64,000 nucleotides of DNA from Escherichia coli (GCF_003334765.1 NZ_QOWT01000002.1), one strand, 5' to 3'; positions 49,057 to 59,904 are shown, counted from the stretch's first letter. The notes: a model not told the origin generated them from the sequence alone. Numbers and translations: made by a program.

Positions 49057-49955
49057 GCAATATCGTTGAATTCGTTAAACAGCAAGAGCAGTTATTCTGC
49101 GGAGCATTGACTGAACAGACGGTGACATGGGCTAAGGAAAGCCAGTTTGCAATTCAGTATTTCCAGAAAAACGATTACCTGGCTAAAACAGCACTGGCAA
49201 ATCCAACCAGCGCACAGAACGCCATCATCAATGTTGCGGCGATCGGCATCACCTTAAACCCGGCCAGCAAACTGGCTTATCTGGTTCCTCGCGACGGCAT
49301 GGTGTGCCTTGATATCAGTTACATGGGATTACTTCACCTTGCACAGTCGACAGGATCAATTAAGTGGGGGCAATGCAAACTGGTGTACTCAAACGACACC
49401 TATGAATCAAACGGCCTTGATTCAGCACCAACCCACAAATACAACGCATTTGGTAAGCGAGGCTCTATTGTTGGTGGTTATTGTACGGTTAAAACAGCAG
49501 ATGGTGACTACCTCACTGAAGAAATGAGTCTGGCAGAAATTAAAGCTGTGGAAGCAACGAGCAAGGCAAAGAATGGACCGTGGAAGACATTCTGGGAAGA
49601 GATGGCGCGTAAAACAATAGTTAAACGCGCCAGCAAATACTGGCCTAAAGCCCAGCGACTGGATAATGCCATTCACCTGCTTAACGAAGATGAAGGTATG
49701 CATCAGGAACCAGTTATGCCGCACAAATCAGAGGAAGATATCCGCGAAGATGAACGGAAACGCCAGCAGGAAATTATGGAAAAAGCACAACTTCTTTGTG
49801 ATGAAATGGCTCAGGCAGAAAACATGGATGATTTGAAGCGATATTTTGCAGAAGCATATCGCCTGACATCTGGAATGAAATTGCAGCAGAACGTACAAGC
49901 CATTTACATAGAATGCAAAGCGAAACTGGAGGTTGCCAGTGAGCAAACTGTATGA
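49053..49955 (+). CDS. recT: RecT-family single-strand annealing protein
   Basis: 300 aa; SKAKNGPWKTFWEEMARKTIVKRASKYWP matches RecT signature region. Confidence 0.8.
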   Translation: MSNIVEFVKQQEQLFCGALTEQTVTWAKESQFAIQYFQKNDYLAKTALANPTSAQNAIINVAAIGITLNPASKLAYLVPRDGMVCLDISYMGLLHLAQSTGSIKWGQCKLVYSNDTYESNGLDSAPTHKYNAFGKRGSIVGGYCTVKTADGDYLTEEMSLAEIKAVEATSKAKNGPWKTFWEEMARKTIVKRASKYWPKAQRLDNAIHLLNEDEGMHQEPVMPHKSEEDIREDERKRQQEIMEKAQLLCDEMAQAENMDDLKRYFAEAYRLTSGMKLQQNVQAIYIECKAKLEVASEQTV

Positions 49956-50421
49956 AATTGCCAATGAATACGCAAAATTGATGGATTCAGATTTAGAACC
50001 AGAGATGATTGCTGACACAATAGAAGGCATGGAAGGAGAATTTACCGATAAAATAGAGCAACTTCTTTCCGTCATTAAAAATGAATCTGGTTATGCTGAA
50101 CGCCTCAAGGAAGAGGCAAAGTCACTGAATGAGCGAGCCGCAGTAATTCAAAATAAGATTGACAGCATCAAATCATATATAGCGTCATCGCTTGAAATGG
50201 TTGGCAAGAAAAATATTCGAGCAGGTATTCACCAGGTAACAATCCGCAAACCGTCAGAAACTGTAGAAATCATCGACTCAAGCGCCCTTCCTCCTGAATA
50301 CCTTGAGTTTGAAACGACAATTAAAGCCGACAAACTGGCAATCAAGCACCAACTAAAAGCAGGAATAAATATTCCCGGTGCTCAACTCAAGGTTGGGAAA
50401 CCTTCACTTCTTATCAAATAA
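49933..50421 (+). CDS. Gp157-like protein
   Basis: 162 aa coiled-coil-rich, downstream of recT. Confidence 0.45.
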   Translation: MPVSKLYEIANEYAKLMDSDLEPEMIADTIEGMEGEFTDKIEQLLSVIKNESGYAERLKEEAKSLNERAAVIQNKIDSIKSYIASSLEMVGKKNIRAGIHQVTIRKPSETVEIIDSSALPPEYLEFETTIKADKLAIKHQLKAGINIPGAQLKVGKPSLLIK

Positions 50422-50432
50422 CGGTATCGCCT

Positions 50433-50747
50433 ATGAAAAAGACTCCATGGGAGAAATGGGAAGTCGATTTCTTGCGCGAAGTAGCGGCGACAATGCCAGT
50501 TGAAGTTATCGCTGAAAAACTGGAAAGGACTGAAAAAGCAGTAATGGCAAAAGCAACAAGGATTGGCGCTGACATTGTTAGCCGACTTCGTGGAAGACGA
50601 TGGACAAGAGCCGAAGTATCACTTTTCGGTAAGTTCTCCGCAGAAGAAATAGCAATTGCAACCTGCCGATCAATTTATTCAGTAAGAGCTATGCGATACA
50701 AGCTAAAAAAACTCGATGAAGAAAGAGCAGGCATACGAATAAATTAA
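50433..50747 (+). CDS. hypothetical protein
   Basis: 104 aa basic protein. Confidence 0.4.
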   Translation: MKKTPWEKWEVDFLREVAATMPVEVIAEKLERTEKAVMAKATRIGADIVSRLRGRRWTRAEVSLFGKFSAEEIAIATCRSIYSVRAMRYKLKKLDEERAGIRIN

Positions 50748-50927
50748 CAAAGAGGAATTAATCATGAGAGGGCTTGCATACAATCCCGGCATTCTTCCGG
50801 CAGAAATGATTATTCGCCAACGCGTAAAGCCAATGCCATCGAGAGAGGAATTGCTTAAGAGAAATAGTTTCGGTTCTGTTAATGACAACAAATATCTGAA
50901 TGCGATGTTGCGTAAAGGAGGCAAGCA

Positions 50928-51227
50928 GTGAGTGTATGTCTTATTGATAAACGTCGACGTGGGCAACAAATACCATCTGTTGGAATGCCGAATCACACAT
51001 GGTTTTGCGTACTTGATATCGATGGTATGGATGCGTTGGTTGACACTCGTCATTACTGCGATACCGCAACAGCTACTCCGGCGAAAGCAAAGAAAATGGC
51101 TGCTCTGATAGAAAACTGGACTCCACCTGATGGTTGGTGCAATGGGAATGATCGAGATTGGCACGAAAAAATGAAGGGCTATATCTGCGATTTTTTACGT
51201 AAATGCAACGGCTTCAGGGTGATGTGA
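50928..51227 (+). CDS. hypothetical protein
   Basis: 99 aa, GTG start preceded by aaaggagg RBS. Confidence 0.4.
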   Translation: MSVCLIDKRRRGQQIPSVGMPNHTWFCVLDIDGMDALVDTRHYCDTATATPAKAKKMAALIENWTPPDGWCNGNDRDWHEKMKGYICDFLRKCNGFRVM

Positions 51228-51228
51228 T

Positions 51229-51636
51229 ATGAACAAGATTGACTATCAGGCACTGCGTGAAGCGGCAGAGAAAGCCGGTGAAGATAAGTGGCAGGCTAAA
51301 AAAATAAATGGTGATTTTTTCGTTATTCGTCACGGTAGTTATACAAGACAGCATGGCTACACATCGTATCAACCCATTGCGGAGATTGATTGTAAGCAAG
51401 TCCGGGATTTTGTTGCCAAGGCTAATCCGGCTACCGTGCTGGAATTACTGGATGAACTGGAAGCAGCAAAAAAGCGCATTGCAGAACTGAAAGCGCGGGA
51501 AATACTGCTCCCGGAACGTAGCAGCATGCTTCATCGAACAGATTTTCACGATGATTACCAAACGGTAATGGCATACAAAGTTTCTGAAGTCATCGATGCA
51601 ATCCGCGCTACTGGCATTCGCATCAAAGGAGAGTGA
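51229..51636 (+). CDS. Ead/Ea22-like protein
   Basis: 135 aa, N-terminus MNKIDYQALREAAEKA. Confidence 0.5.
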   Translation: MNKIDYQALREAAEKAGEDKWQAKKINGDFFVIRHGSYTRQHGYTSYQPIAEIDCKQVRDFVAKANPATVLELLDELEAAKKRIAELKAREILLPERSSMLHRTDFHDDYQTVMAYKVSEVIDAIRATGIRIKGE

Positions 51637-51637
51637 T

Positions 51638-52267
51638 ATGAGCGCTATAACCAAAGAACGTATCAAATTATTCATTAAAAATCCGCTTGATAACGGACTT
51701 ACTCGTGGCGAACAAATGGAACTGGCACGAATTGCACTGGCATCACTGGAACGCGAACAGATTCGCCACGAGCATGCCAAATGGTCTGACTCCACATTTG
51801 GCTGCGTTGGCCCCATTGGTCCACTGAAACACCTCTCAAAAGAGGCACTGGAAGCCGCAGCCGAACCTGACGATCTCAGCGAGTGGGCTGATATGCAGTT
51901 CCTGTTGTGGGATGCACAGCGCCGTGCTGGTATCAGTGATGCTGAAATTACCGCTGCTATGGAAAATAAATTGAAGATCAACATGGAGCGCCAGTGGCCT
52001 GAGCCAAAAGATGGTGAGCCTCGCTTGCACATTAAAGAACCCGGCAACTCTCCGGTAACTCCGGATGGTTGGATAAGCTGTAGTGATCGAATGCCGGAAG
52101 ACACCAAAATGTTACTGGCATTTAGTCAAGGTAAAATCGTGGCCGCATATTGGAACTGGGTTATAAATCCAATTGATTACAAAAAATATAGAGCTTTCAC
52201 GTATTTATCAGGATATATCTTGGATGACGTAACTCACTGGATGCCGCTACCAGAGCCTCCACTTTGA
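51638..52267 (+). CDS. DUF550/DUF551-type phage protein
   Basis: starts MSAITKERIK with RBS aggagag; C-terminal THWMPLPEPP motif. Confidence 0.5.
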   Translation: MSAITKERIKLFIKNPLDNGLTRGEQMELARIALASLEREQIRHEHAKWSDSTFGCVGPIGPLKHLSKEALEAAAEPDDLSEWADMQFLLWDAQRRAGISDAEITAAMENKLKINMERQWPEPKDGEPRLHIKEPGNSPVTPDGWISCSDRMPEDTKMLLAFSQGKIVAAYWNWVINPIDYKKYRAFTYLSGYILDDVTHWMPLPEPPL

Positions 52268-52363
52268 AAGCGAAGCTTATACATATCTTTTACATCAGCA
52301 ATCTATTGTTAATCTCCAATCAATGTTACGTTGTCATCTCACTCATGCTTTGGAGGTAGTGAT

Positions 52364-52543
52364 ATGTCTTGTCCAAAATGCGGTTCTGGAAATATTGCAA
52401 AAGAAAAAACAATGCGTGGATGGTCTGGTGATTATGTGTGCTGCGATTGCGGATACAACGACTCTAAAGACGCATTTGGAGAGCGTGGTAAAAACGAGTT
52501 TGTTAAAATTAATAAAGAACGCGAAGGCAACGAAAAAAGCTAA
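52364..52543 (+). CDS. small zinc-ribbon protein
   Basis: MSCPKCGSG...CCDCG two CxxC pairs; RBS ggaggt. Confidence 0.5.
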   Translation: MSCPKCGSGNIAKEKTMRGWSGDYVCCDCGYNDSKDAFGERGKNEFVKINKEREGNEKS

Positions 52544-52608
52544 TTTATTTATTCATATATGAAAACAATGTAACCAATATTCGAATTGAAGAACTGAAAG
52601 AACACCAA

Positions 52609-52630
52609 GCCGCCTGATGGCGGTTTTTTA
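52609..52630 (+). terminator. rho-independent terminator
   Basis: ccgcc-tgat-ggcgg followed by T6. Confidence 0.7.
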
Positions 52631-52674
52631 TTACCTGATTTGCAGGTTCGATTCCCTATTCGGAGATAGCACTC

Positions 52675-52875
52675 ATGCAACACGAACTACAGCCTGATTC
52701 ACTGGTTGATTTGAAATTCATCATGGCCGATACTGGCTTCGGTAAAACCTTCATCTATGACCGGATTAAGTCCGGCGACCTGCCAAAAGCCAAAGTTATC
52801 CACGGGCGAGCAAGATGGTTATATCGTGACCATTGTGAATTCAAAAATAAGCTCTTAAGCCGCGCCAATGGGTAA
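52675..52875 (+). CDS. torI: excisionase / tor operon inhibitor TorI
   Basis: 66 aa Xis-like winged helix at prophage end adjacent to dsdC. Confidence 0.85.
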   Translation: MQHELQPDSLVDLKFIMADTGFGKTFIYDRIKSGDLPKAKVIHGRARWLYRDHCEFKNKLLSRANG

Positions 52876-52948
52876 AATAGCGGGTAAAATATTTCTCACA
52901 TCTAAAAAACACCATTCCAATCAATCCCCTGCCGCTTCAAGTAGATGT

Positions 52949-52964
52949 CTGCAGGGGACACCAT
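52949..52964. other. attR core
   Basis: ctgcaggggacaccat, direct repeat of argW 3' end. Confidence 0.8.
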
Positions 52965-53058
52965 CCTTGTGTTTATCCCTAAAACCACATAAAAACCGTA
53001 AATTAAATTCGAACTAGCAGGCCGAATAAGGCACACCAGGAACTCGTGGTTTTATTCA

Positions 53059-54000
53059 TTATGAAGTGGTTTTTACCTGTTCTCTTAGCCAGATAATAAA
53101 CGCTTCAATTTTTGGCCACTGCCTGCCCGGTAATGTGGTGATGTAATAATGCTGATGGCATTTCACCGTCATATCGCCAAACGGCGCGACGAGCTCACCA
53201 CTGGCAAGCCTTTTTTGTACCAGGCGTTTTCTTCCCATCGCCACCCCAATATGATTCATCGCGGCAATAACAGCTAAATCAGAACGATCAAAGCCAATTC
53301 CAGAAGATGTCGGCAAATTAACCGCATAATGTTGCGCCCAACTATGCCATTCATCCGTACCGGAGTCGTTGCTCCATGCCTGTCTGTCATGGAGCAACGT
53401 ACAGTGACACAGGTTAATTACCGTGTTGGTTAAAGCATGTCTTTGAGCGTATTCCGGGCTACATACTGGCAGGATTTCTTCATCCATCAGAAAGTGATGA
53501 GTGAGTTGCGCTGACGGCGCATCATCAAAGTAGATCGCCAAATCGATTCCGGCACGTTGCAGATTGACGTTGTCATTACCAGTGAGCACGGTGAGCGAAA
53601 TAGACGGATACCGGCGTGTAAAGTCACCTAATGCGGGCACCAACCAGCATTGGGCGATAGAGGGCCGGGAATACAGAGTTAACGTTCCCGATAACTCCTG
53701 ATTTTTGATATCAAGAATTTCCTGGTTCAGGGTATCCAGCGACGATTTTAGCGCCCAATAAACACGTTTCCCCTCGTGCGTTAATTCCACTTTGCGATGG
53801 GAACGAACAAACAACTGAATGCCCAATTCTTCTTCCAGCTGATTGATACGGTGACTTACCGCACTGGGGCTCAGCGACAATTCCTCTGCCGCCAGGGCGA
53901 AGGACTGATGCCTGGCAGCCACTTCAAAAGTATGCATTTTTGATAATTGCCAGCCGTTAAGCAGCCGATTTCTTATTTCACGAAGGGGTTCCATAATCAC
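53059..54000 (-). CDS. dsdC: LysR-type regulator of D-serine utilisation
   Basis: 313 aa LysR HTH plus substrate domain, divergent from dsdX. Confidence 0.85.
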   Translation of the reverse strand: MIMEPLREIRNRLLNGWQLSKMHTFEVAARHQSFALAAEELSLSPSAVSHRINQLEEELGIQLFVRSHRKVELTHEGKRVYWALKSSLDTLNQEILDIKNQELSGTLTLYSRPSIAQCWLVPALGDFTRRYPSISLTVLTGNDNVNLQRAGIDLAIYFDDAPSAQLTHHFLMDEEILPVCSPEYAQRHALTNTVINLCHCTLLHDRQAWSNDSGTDEWHSWAQHYAVNLPTSSGIGFDRSDLAVIAAMNHIGVAMGRKRLVQKRLASGELVAPFGDMTVKCHQHYYITTLPGRQWPKIEAFIIWLREQVKTTS

Positions 54001-54211
54001 CTCATTTTTCGCTTAAGTGTAAAAAAATAGCGGCAAAATTTCAGCTATGAGATGAGCTAAAGTAAACCATATCTCAATTCACCTTCATTTTTAGATGTAA
54101 ATCACTCCATTGATGCAATTTACCTCATGTGAAAGGCAAATTTTATCGTTTGTCAGCCTGCGTTGTTTTTTTGTCCAATATCATCAGGTTAATCACAGGG
54201 GAAGGTGAGAT

Positions 54212-55549
54212 ATGCACTCTCAAATCTGGGTTGTGAGCACGCTGCTTATCAGCATCGTGTTAATTGTACTGACCATCGTGAAGTTCAAATTCCACCCGTT
54301 TCTGGCGCTGTTGCTGGCCAGCTTCTTCGTGGGAACGATGATGGGCATGGGGCCACTGGATATGGTAAATGCTATTGAAAGTGGAATTGGCGGAACGCTG
54401 GGGTTCCTCGCAGCGGTTATCGGCCTTGGCACGATACTGGGAAAAATGATGGAAGTATCCGGGGCCGCAGAAAGAATTGGTCTGACACTTCAACGCTGCC
54501 GCTGGCTTTCAGTTGATGTCATTATGGTGCTGGTTGGCCTGATTTGTGGCATCACGCTGTTTGTTGAAGTGGGCGTCGTGCTATTGATTCCTCTGGCTTT
54601 TTCAATTGCCAAAAAAACCAATACCTCATTATTAAAGCTTGCCATTCCGCTATGTACCGCATTGATGGCAGTGCACTGCGTGGTTCCTCCACATCCGGCT
54701 GCTTTATATGTTGCCAATAAGCTGGGCGCAGATATCGGTTCGGTGATCGTCTACGGTTTGCTGGTTGGGCTGATGGCATCACTGATCGGTGGCCCACTTT
54801 TCCTTAAATTTCTGGGTCAACGACTGCCCTTTAAACCTGTACCCACAGAGTTTGCAGATCTCAAAGTTCGCGATGAAAAAACACTACCGTCATTAGGCGC
54901 AACGTTATTCACCATACTGCTACCCATTGCGCTGATGTTGGTTAAAACGATTGCCGAATTGAATATGGCGCGTGAGAGTGGTTTGTATATCTTGGTTGAG
55001 TTTATTGGCAACCCTATCACTGCCATGTTTATCGCCGTGTTTGTCGCCTATTATGTGTTGGGTATACGCCAGCATATGAGCATGGGGACGATGCTCACAC
55101 ATACGGAAAATGGCTTCGGTTCTATTGCTAATATTTTGCTGATTATCGGGGCCGGAGGCGCATTCAACGCCATTTTAAAAAGCAGCAGTCTCGCTGATAC
55201 GCTGGCAGTTATTCTCTCCAATATGCATATGCACCCGATTCTTCTGGCCTGGTTAGTGGCTCTTATTCTGCATGCGGCAGTGGGCTCCGCTACCGTGGCA
55301 ATGATGGGGGCAACGGCAATTGTTGCACCCATGCTGCCGCTGTATCCCGACATCAGCCCGGAAATTATTGCGATTGCTATCGGTTCAGGTGCAATTGGCT
55401 GCACTATCGTTACGGACTCGCTTTTCTGGCTAGTGAAGCAATATTGCGGCGCTACGCTCAATGAAACATTTAAATACTATACGACAGCGACATTTATCGC
55501 TTCAGTCGTCGCTCTGGCGGGCACATTCCTGCTGTCATTTATCATCTAA
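54212..55549 (+). CDS. dsdX: D-serine transporter (GntP family)
   Basis: 445 aa polytopic GntP-like. Confidence 0.9.
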   Translation: MHSQIWVVSTLLISIVLIVLTIVKFKFHPFLALLLASFFVGTMMGMGPLDMVNAIESGIGGTLGFLAAVIGLGTILGKMMEVSGAAERIGLTLQRCRWLSVDVIMVLVGLICGITLFVEVGVVLLIPLAFSIAKKTNTSLLKLAIPLCTALMAVHCVVPPHPAALYVANKLGADIGSVIVYGLLVGLMASLIGGPLFLKFLGQRLPFKPVPTEFADLKVRDEKTLPSLGATLFTILLPIALMLVKTIAELNMARESGLYILVEFIGNPITAMFIAVFVAYYVLGIRQHMSMGTMLTHTENGFGSIANILLIIGAGGAFNAILKSSSLADTLAVILSNMHMHPILLAWLVALILHAAVGSATVAMMGATAIVAPMLPLYPDISPEIIAIAIGSGAIGCTIVTDSLFWLVKQYCGATLNETFKYYTTATFIASVVALAGTFLLSFII

Positions 55550-55566
55550 GCGCAAAGAGACGTACT

Positions 55567-56895
55567 ATGGAAAACGCTAAAATGAACTCGCTCATCGCCC
55601 AGTATCCGTTGGTAAAGGATCTGGTTGCTCTTAAAGAAACCACCTGGTTTAATCCTGGCACGACCTCATTGGCTGAAGGTTTACCTTATGTTGGCCTGAC
55701 CGAACAGGATGTTCAGGACGCCCATGCGCGCTTATCCCGTTTTGCACCCTATCTGGCAAAAGCATTTCCTGAAACTGCTGCCACTGGGGGGATTATTGAA
55801 TCAGAACTGGTTGCCATTCCAGCTATGCAAAAACGGCTGGAAAAAGAATATCAGCAACCGATCAGCGGGCAACTGTTACTGAAAAAAGATAGCCATTTGC
55901 CCATTTCCGGCTCCATAAAAGCACGCGGCGGGATTTATGAAGTCCTGGCACACGCAGAAAAACTGGCTCTGGAAGCGGGGTTGCTGACGCTTGATGATGA
56001 CTACAGCAAACTGCTTTCTCCGGAGTTTAAACAGTTCTTTAGCCAATACAGCATTGCTGTGGGCTCAACCGGAAATCTGGGGTTATCAATCGGCATTATG
56101 AGCGCCCGCATTGGCTTTAAGGTGACAGTTCATATGTCTGCTGATGCCCGGGCATGGAAAAAAGCGAAACTGCGCAGCCATGGCGTTACGGTCGTGGAAT
56201 ATGAGCAAGATTATGGTGTTGCCGTCGAGGAAGGACGTAAAGCAGCGCAGTCTGACCCGAACTGTTTCTTTATTGATGACGAAAATTCCCGCACGTTGTT
56301 CCTTGGGTATTCCGTCGCTGGCCAGCGTCTTAAAGCGCAATTTGCCCAGCAAGGCCGTATCGTCGATGCTGATAACCCTCTGTTTGTCTATCTGCCGTGT
56401 GGTGTTGGCGGTGGTCCTGGTGGCGTCGCATTCGGGCTTAAACTGGCGTTTGGCGATCATGTTCACTGCTTTTTTGCCGAACCAACGCACTCCCCTTGTA
56501 TGTTGTTAGGCGTCCATACAGGATTACACGATCAGATTTCTGTTCAGGATATTGGTATCGACAACCTTACCGCAGCGGATGGCCTTGCAGTTGGTCGCGC
56601 ATCAGGCTTTGTCGGGCGGGCAATGGAGCGTCTGCTGGATGGCTTCTATACCCTTAGCGATCAAACCATGTATGACATGCTTGGCTGGCTGGCGCAGGAA
56701 GAAGGTATTCGTCTTGAACCTTCGGCACTGGCGGGTATGGCCGGACCTCAGCGCGTGTGTGCATCAGTAAGTTACCAACAGATGCACGGTTTCAGCGCAG
56801 AACAACTGCGTAATACCACTCATCTGGTGTGGGCGACGGGAGGTGGAATGGTGCCGGAAGAAGAGATGAATCAATATCTGGCAAAAGGCCGTTAA
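55567..56895 (+). CDS. dsdA: D-serine dehydratase
   Basis: 442 aa PLP enzyme, Lys in SGSIKARGG. Confidence 0.95.
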   Translation: MENAKMNSLIAQYPLVKDLVALKETTWFNPGTTSLAEGLPYVGLTEQDVQDAHARLSRFAPYLAKAFPETAATGGIIESELVAIPAMQKRLEKEYQQPISGQLLLKKDSHLPISGSIKARGGIYEVLAHAEKLALEAGLLTLDDDYSKLLSPEFKQFFSQYSIAVGSTGNLGLSIGIMSARIGFKVTVHMSADARAWKKAKLRSHGVTVVEYEQDYGVAVEEGRKAAQSDPNCFFIDDENSRTLFLGYSVAGQRLKAQFAQQGRIVDADNPLFVYLPCGVGGGPGGVAFGLKLAFGDHVHCFFAEPTHSPCMLLGVHTGLHDQISVQDIGIDNLTAADGLAVGRASGFVGRAMERLLDGFYTLSDQTMYDMLGWLAQEEGIRLEPSALAGMAGPQRVCASVSYQQMHGFSAEQLRNTTHLVWATGGGMVPEEEMNQYLAKGR

Positions 56896-57002
56896 TAACG
56901 TTTCAACGCAGCATCGCAATCCTTTCCCTGGGTGAGCGATGCTGCCGATGGCGCAGACTTAAGATCCCCGGTCTTACCCGCTATAACCCCCTCCTTTTAT
57001 CA

Positions 57003-58541
57003 TCACCCAACGCCTTTCGCTGTAAACGGCGGTTTCGCAAACCAAACCAAAACCGTAAGTAAGATAAAAGCAATAGCCGCCATACGGAAAATCTCATTTG
57101 CAGAAATAGAAAGTGACTGCTGGGTTATTTCATTATTAATTTCATTAAGAACTCCTGAAAGCGAACCATAATATTTATCCATAATTTGTGACGATGAATT
57201 AAACACGGGGTTAAATTGATCGATGGTTGCTGTCAACTGACTATGGTGTAACGATTCGCGTCGTCCCCACAGCGTCATTGTCAACGACGTACCAACTGAT
57301 CCTGACAAGGTACGAAAAAAATTACTCATACTCGAGGCATTGGCAAATTTATTATCTGGCAAGCCTGAAAACGAAATCGTTGTTAAGGGTAAAAAGAAAC
57401 AGGCAACGGCGAATCCCTGAAAAAACTGCGGCAAAATGATGCCTGTAAAATCAATCGTTGGCATAAATGTCACAGAACGCCAGTAATAGCAAACCGCATA
57501 CATCAAAAAACTAAATGTCACTAACAACCGCATGTCTATTTTGTTGCCATAACGTCCTATCAAAGGTGAAATTAATAGTGGCATGATGCCGATGGGCGCA
57601 TAAGCAAGTCCGGCCCATATCGCATTATACCCCATCGTTTCCTGGAGTAACTGCGGCATAAGGACGATCGCTCCAGAGTAAAATAAATACGCGCATGTGA
57701 TACTCACAATACCAATGGTGAAGTTACGGGACTTAAACAAACTGAGATCAAGAATCGGGTTCTCTGAGGTCGACTCCCAAATGACTAAAGAGATCAGAGA
57801 AATAACTGATACTACTGTTAATATTATTATTGTACTCGAGTTGAACCAATCCAGATCGCGCCCTTTATCAAGCATAATTTGCAAGCCACCAACACCGAGC
57901 ACTAACAGGGTCAGTCCTGGTAGATTCATTTTGACCGGTGAAGTCTCAGTTTCTCTTCCTTTAAGTAAGGTTAAGCATAATGTCAGGACGATAATCCCCA
58001 TAGGGACATTGATTAAAAATATCCAACCCCAGCTAAAGTTATCACAAATATAACCGCCCAATATCGGCCCACATATCGGAGCGATAATCACGGTCATTGA
58101 CCATAATGCCAGAGCAAATGTTCTTTTTTCTGGCGGATAATTCCTTAATAATAAACTCTGTGACAGTGGAATTAACGGCCCCGCCATTAACCCCTGAACG
58201 ACTCTAAAAAATATCAGCACATCAAGATTGGTCGATAGGCTACACATTAATGAAGACAGCGAAAAAAAAGTGACTGAAAGTAAAAATAATCTTAATTCGC
58301 CTATTCTTTGTGCCAACCTGCCAGTAACAGGGATCGCAATGGCATTTGCTACACCAAACGAGGTGATAACCCAGGTGCCTTCGTCTGTTGATGCTCCCAG
58401 AAAGCCAGATATTGTCGGTATTGCGACGTTAGAAATAGTGGAATCCAACATTTGCATAAATGTCGCTAATGACAATGCAATAGTGACGCACCATAACGTC
58501 CCACCGGTTAATGGTGCCGGAGTTGATTTAGTGATTGCCAT
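57003..58541 (-). CDS. emrY: MFS multidrug efflux pump
   Basis: 512 aa, 14-TM DHA2-like. Confidence 0.9.
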   Translation of the reverse strand: MAITKSTPAPLTGGTLWCVTIALSLATFMQMLDSTISNVAIPTISGFLGASTDEGTWVITSFGVANAIAIPVTGRLAQRIGELRLFLLSVTFFSLSSLMCSLSTNLDVLIFFRVVQGLMAGPLIPLSQSLLLRNYPPEKRTFALALWSMTVIIAPICGPILGGYICDNFSWGWIFLINVPMGIIVLTLCLTLLKGRETETSPVKMNLPGLTLLVLGVGGLQIMLDKGRDLDWFNSSTIIILTVVSVISLISLVIWESTSENPILDLSLFKSRNFTIGIVSITCAYLFYSGAIVLMPQLLQETMGYNAIWAGLAYAPIGIMPLLISPLIGRYGNKIDMRLLVTFSFLMYAVCYYWRSVTFMPTIDFTGIILPQFFQGFAVACFFLPLTTISFSGLPDNKFANASSMSNFFRTLSGSVGTSLTMTLWGRRESLHHSQLTATIDQFNPVFNSSSQIMDKYYGSLSGVLNEINNEITQQSLSISANEIFRMAAIAFILLTVLVWFAKPPFTAKGVG

Positions 58542-59704
58542 TAAAGTTGTCCATTATGCGAAATAATGTTGCTAATTTCTTTTTCTATCGGACTGGTATC
58601 GATAACTAAAGCCTTACTGGTATAAGCCGGCATGGAGGTCACGGTTGAAGCCAGCTCAGGCATCTCGGCAATGTCTTCGTTCTTCGTATCAATAGTTGCT
58701 GTCATCGATAAACCAATACGCAAGGGGTGTTCCATGAGTTCTTTTGGATCAAGAGAAACTTCAACCGGTACACGCTGAACGATTTTGATCCAGTTCCCTG
58801 TCGCATTTTGTGCAGGTAATAAGGAGAACGCATTGCCGGTTCCCATATTGATCCCTGTCACCCGACCATGAAACACAACATTTTCACCATAAAGATCGCT
58901 GATAATATTGACCGATTGACCAATCCGTACATCCGTGAGTTGTGTTTCTTTAAAGTTGGCATTAACCCACATTTGACGTGCCGGTACGACAGCCATTAAC
59001 GATTGTCCGGGGCTCACTGTTTCGCCGACCTGAACACTTCTCTGGGCAATATAGCCGGTAACCGGACTCTTAATATCCGTACGTTTAAGCGCCAACCAGG
59101 CTTCTTTAGTTGCATCCGCCGCTTCAACGACTTGTGGCTGACGGTTTAATGGTGTGTTCATTACTAAAGCTTTATTCGCTTTATAAGCCTGGATAGCGGC
59201 ATTCAATGCCGCTTTGCTACTTATTAACGTATCTTTGGTATGCTCCAGCGTTTCTTTTGAAATAACCCCCTGCTTCGCTAACGGCACTCGACGGTTATAA
59301 TCTTCTAAAGATTGTTGATACTGAATACGTGCTGAAGCGACTTCGGCACTGTATTGTTTATCCTGTAAGTATAGTTTATTCGTTTGCCGAACAATATTTG
59401 CCAGATTATTTTTAGCTTTATTGAGTGCGATAGTGGCATCAGTTTTATCCAGTGAAACTAAAATGTCACCTTGTCGAACGTAGTTCGTATCTTTATGATT
59501 AACGACAGTGACACTACCTGAGACTTGTGCAGAAATTGGATCTGCATTCCCCGTGACATAGGCGTCATCTGTACTAATCATGTCTTCTAATTCCATTGAC
59601 CAATAGGCATAGGCACCTGAAAACGCAATAAATAAAACTACCGCCAATAAAGAAAAGTATTTTCTTCTGTTAGAATGTTTTTTATTTGAATTAATCTGTT
59701 CCAC
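58541..59704 (-). CDS. emrK: membrane fusion protein of EmrKY efflux
   Basis: 387 aa HlyD-like, N-terminal TM anchor. Confidence 0.9.
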   Translation of the reverse strand: MEQINSNKKHSNRRKYFSLLAVVLFIAFSGAYAYWSMELEDMISTDDAYVTGNADPISAQVSGSVTVVNHKDTNYVRQGDILVSLDKTDATIALNKAKNNLANIVRQTNKLYLQDKQYSAEVASARIQYQQSLEDYNRRVPLAKQGVISKETLEHTKDTLISSKAALNAAIQAYKANKALVMNTPLNRQPQVVEAADATKEAWLALKRTDIKSPVTGYIAQRSVQVGETVSPGQSLMAVVPARQMWVNANFKETQLTDVRIGQSVNIISDLYGENVVFHGRVTGINMGTGNAFSLLPAQNATGNWIKIVQRVPVEVSLDPKELMEHPLRIGLSMTATIDTKNEDIAEMPELASTVTSMPAYTSKALVIDTSPIEKEISNIISHNGQL

Positions 59705-59877
59705 TATTATCTCTCATTTCTCATAGATGAAATTTATGAATTGAATGAAAAGAGCATTCATTCTTCATATCAAACACAGTGCATGTGTTGCACATTATCC
59801 CAGGAACGTTGGAGGCCTAATTTAAATGAGGTGCAAAAAAAACAACAGAGGACTAAACCGTGGCTTTTGCAATACAA

Positions 59878-59904
59878 TTCTTACGCCTGTAGGATTAGTA
59901 AGAA
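59878..59904. promoter_or_regulatory. EvgA-box inverted repeat in emrK-evgA intergenic region
   Basis: ttcttac-N13-gtaagaa. Confidence 0.6.

Larger units (their letters stand above)
32331..52964. mobile_element. defective mosaic prophage integrated at argW (KplE1/CPS-53-like site; P22-like late/immI end plus lambda-like early end)
   Basis: bounded by 16-bp direct repeat ctgcaggggacaccat; integrase at one end, excisionase at the other; no head, portal, terminase or lysis genes. Confidence 0.85.
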
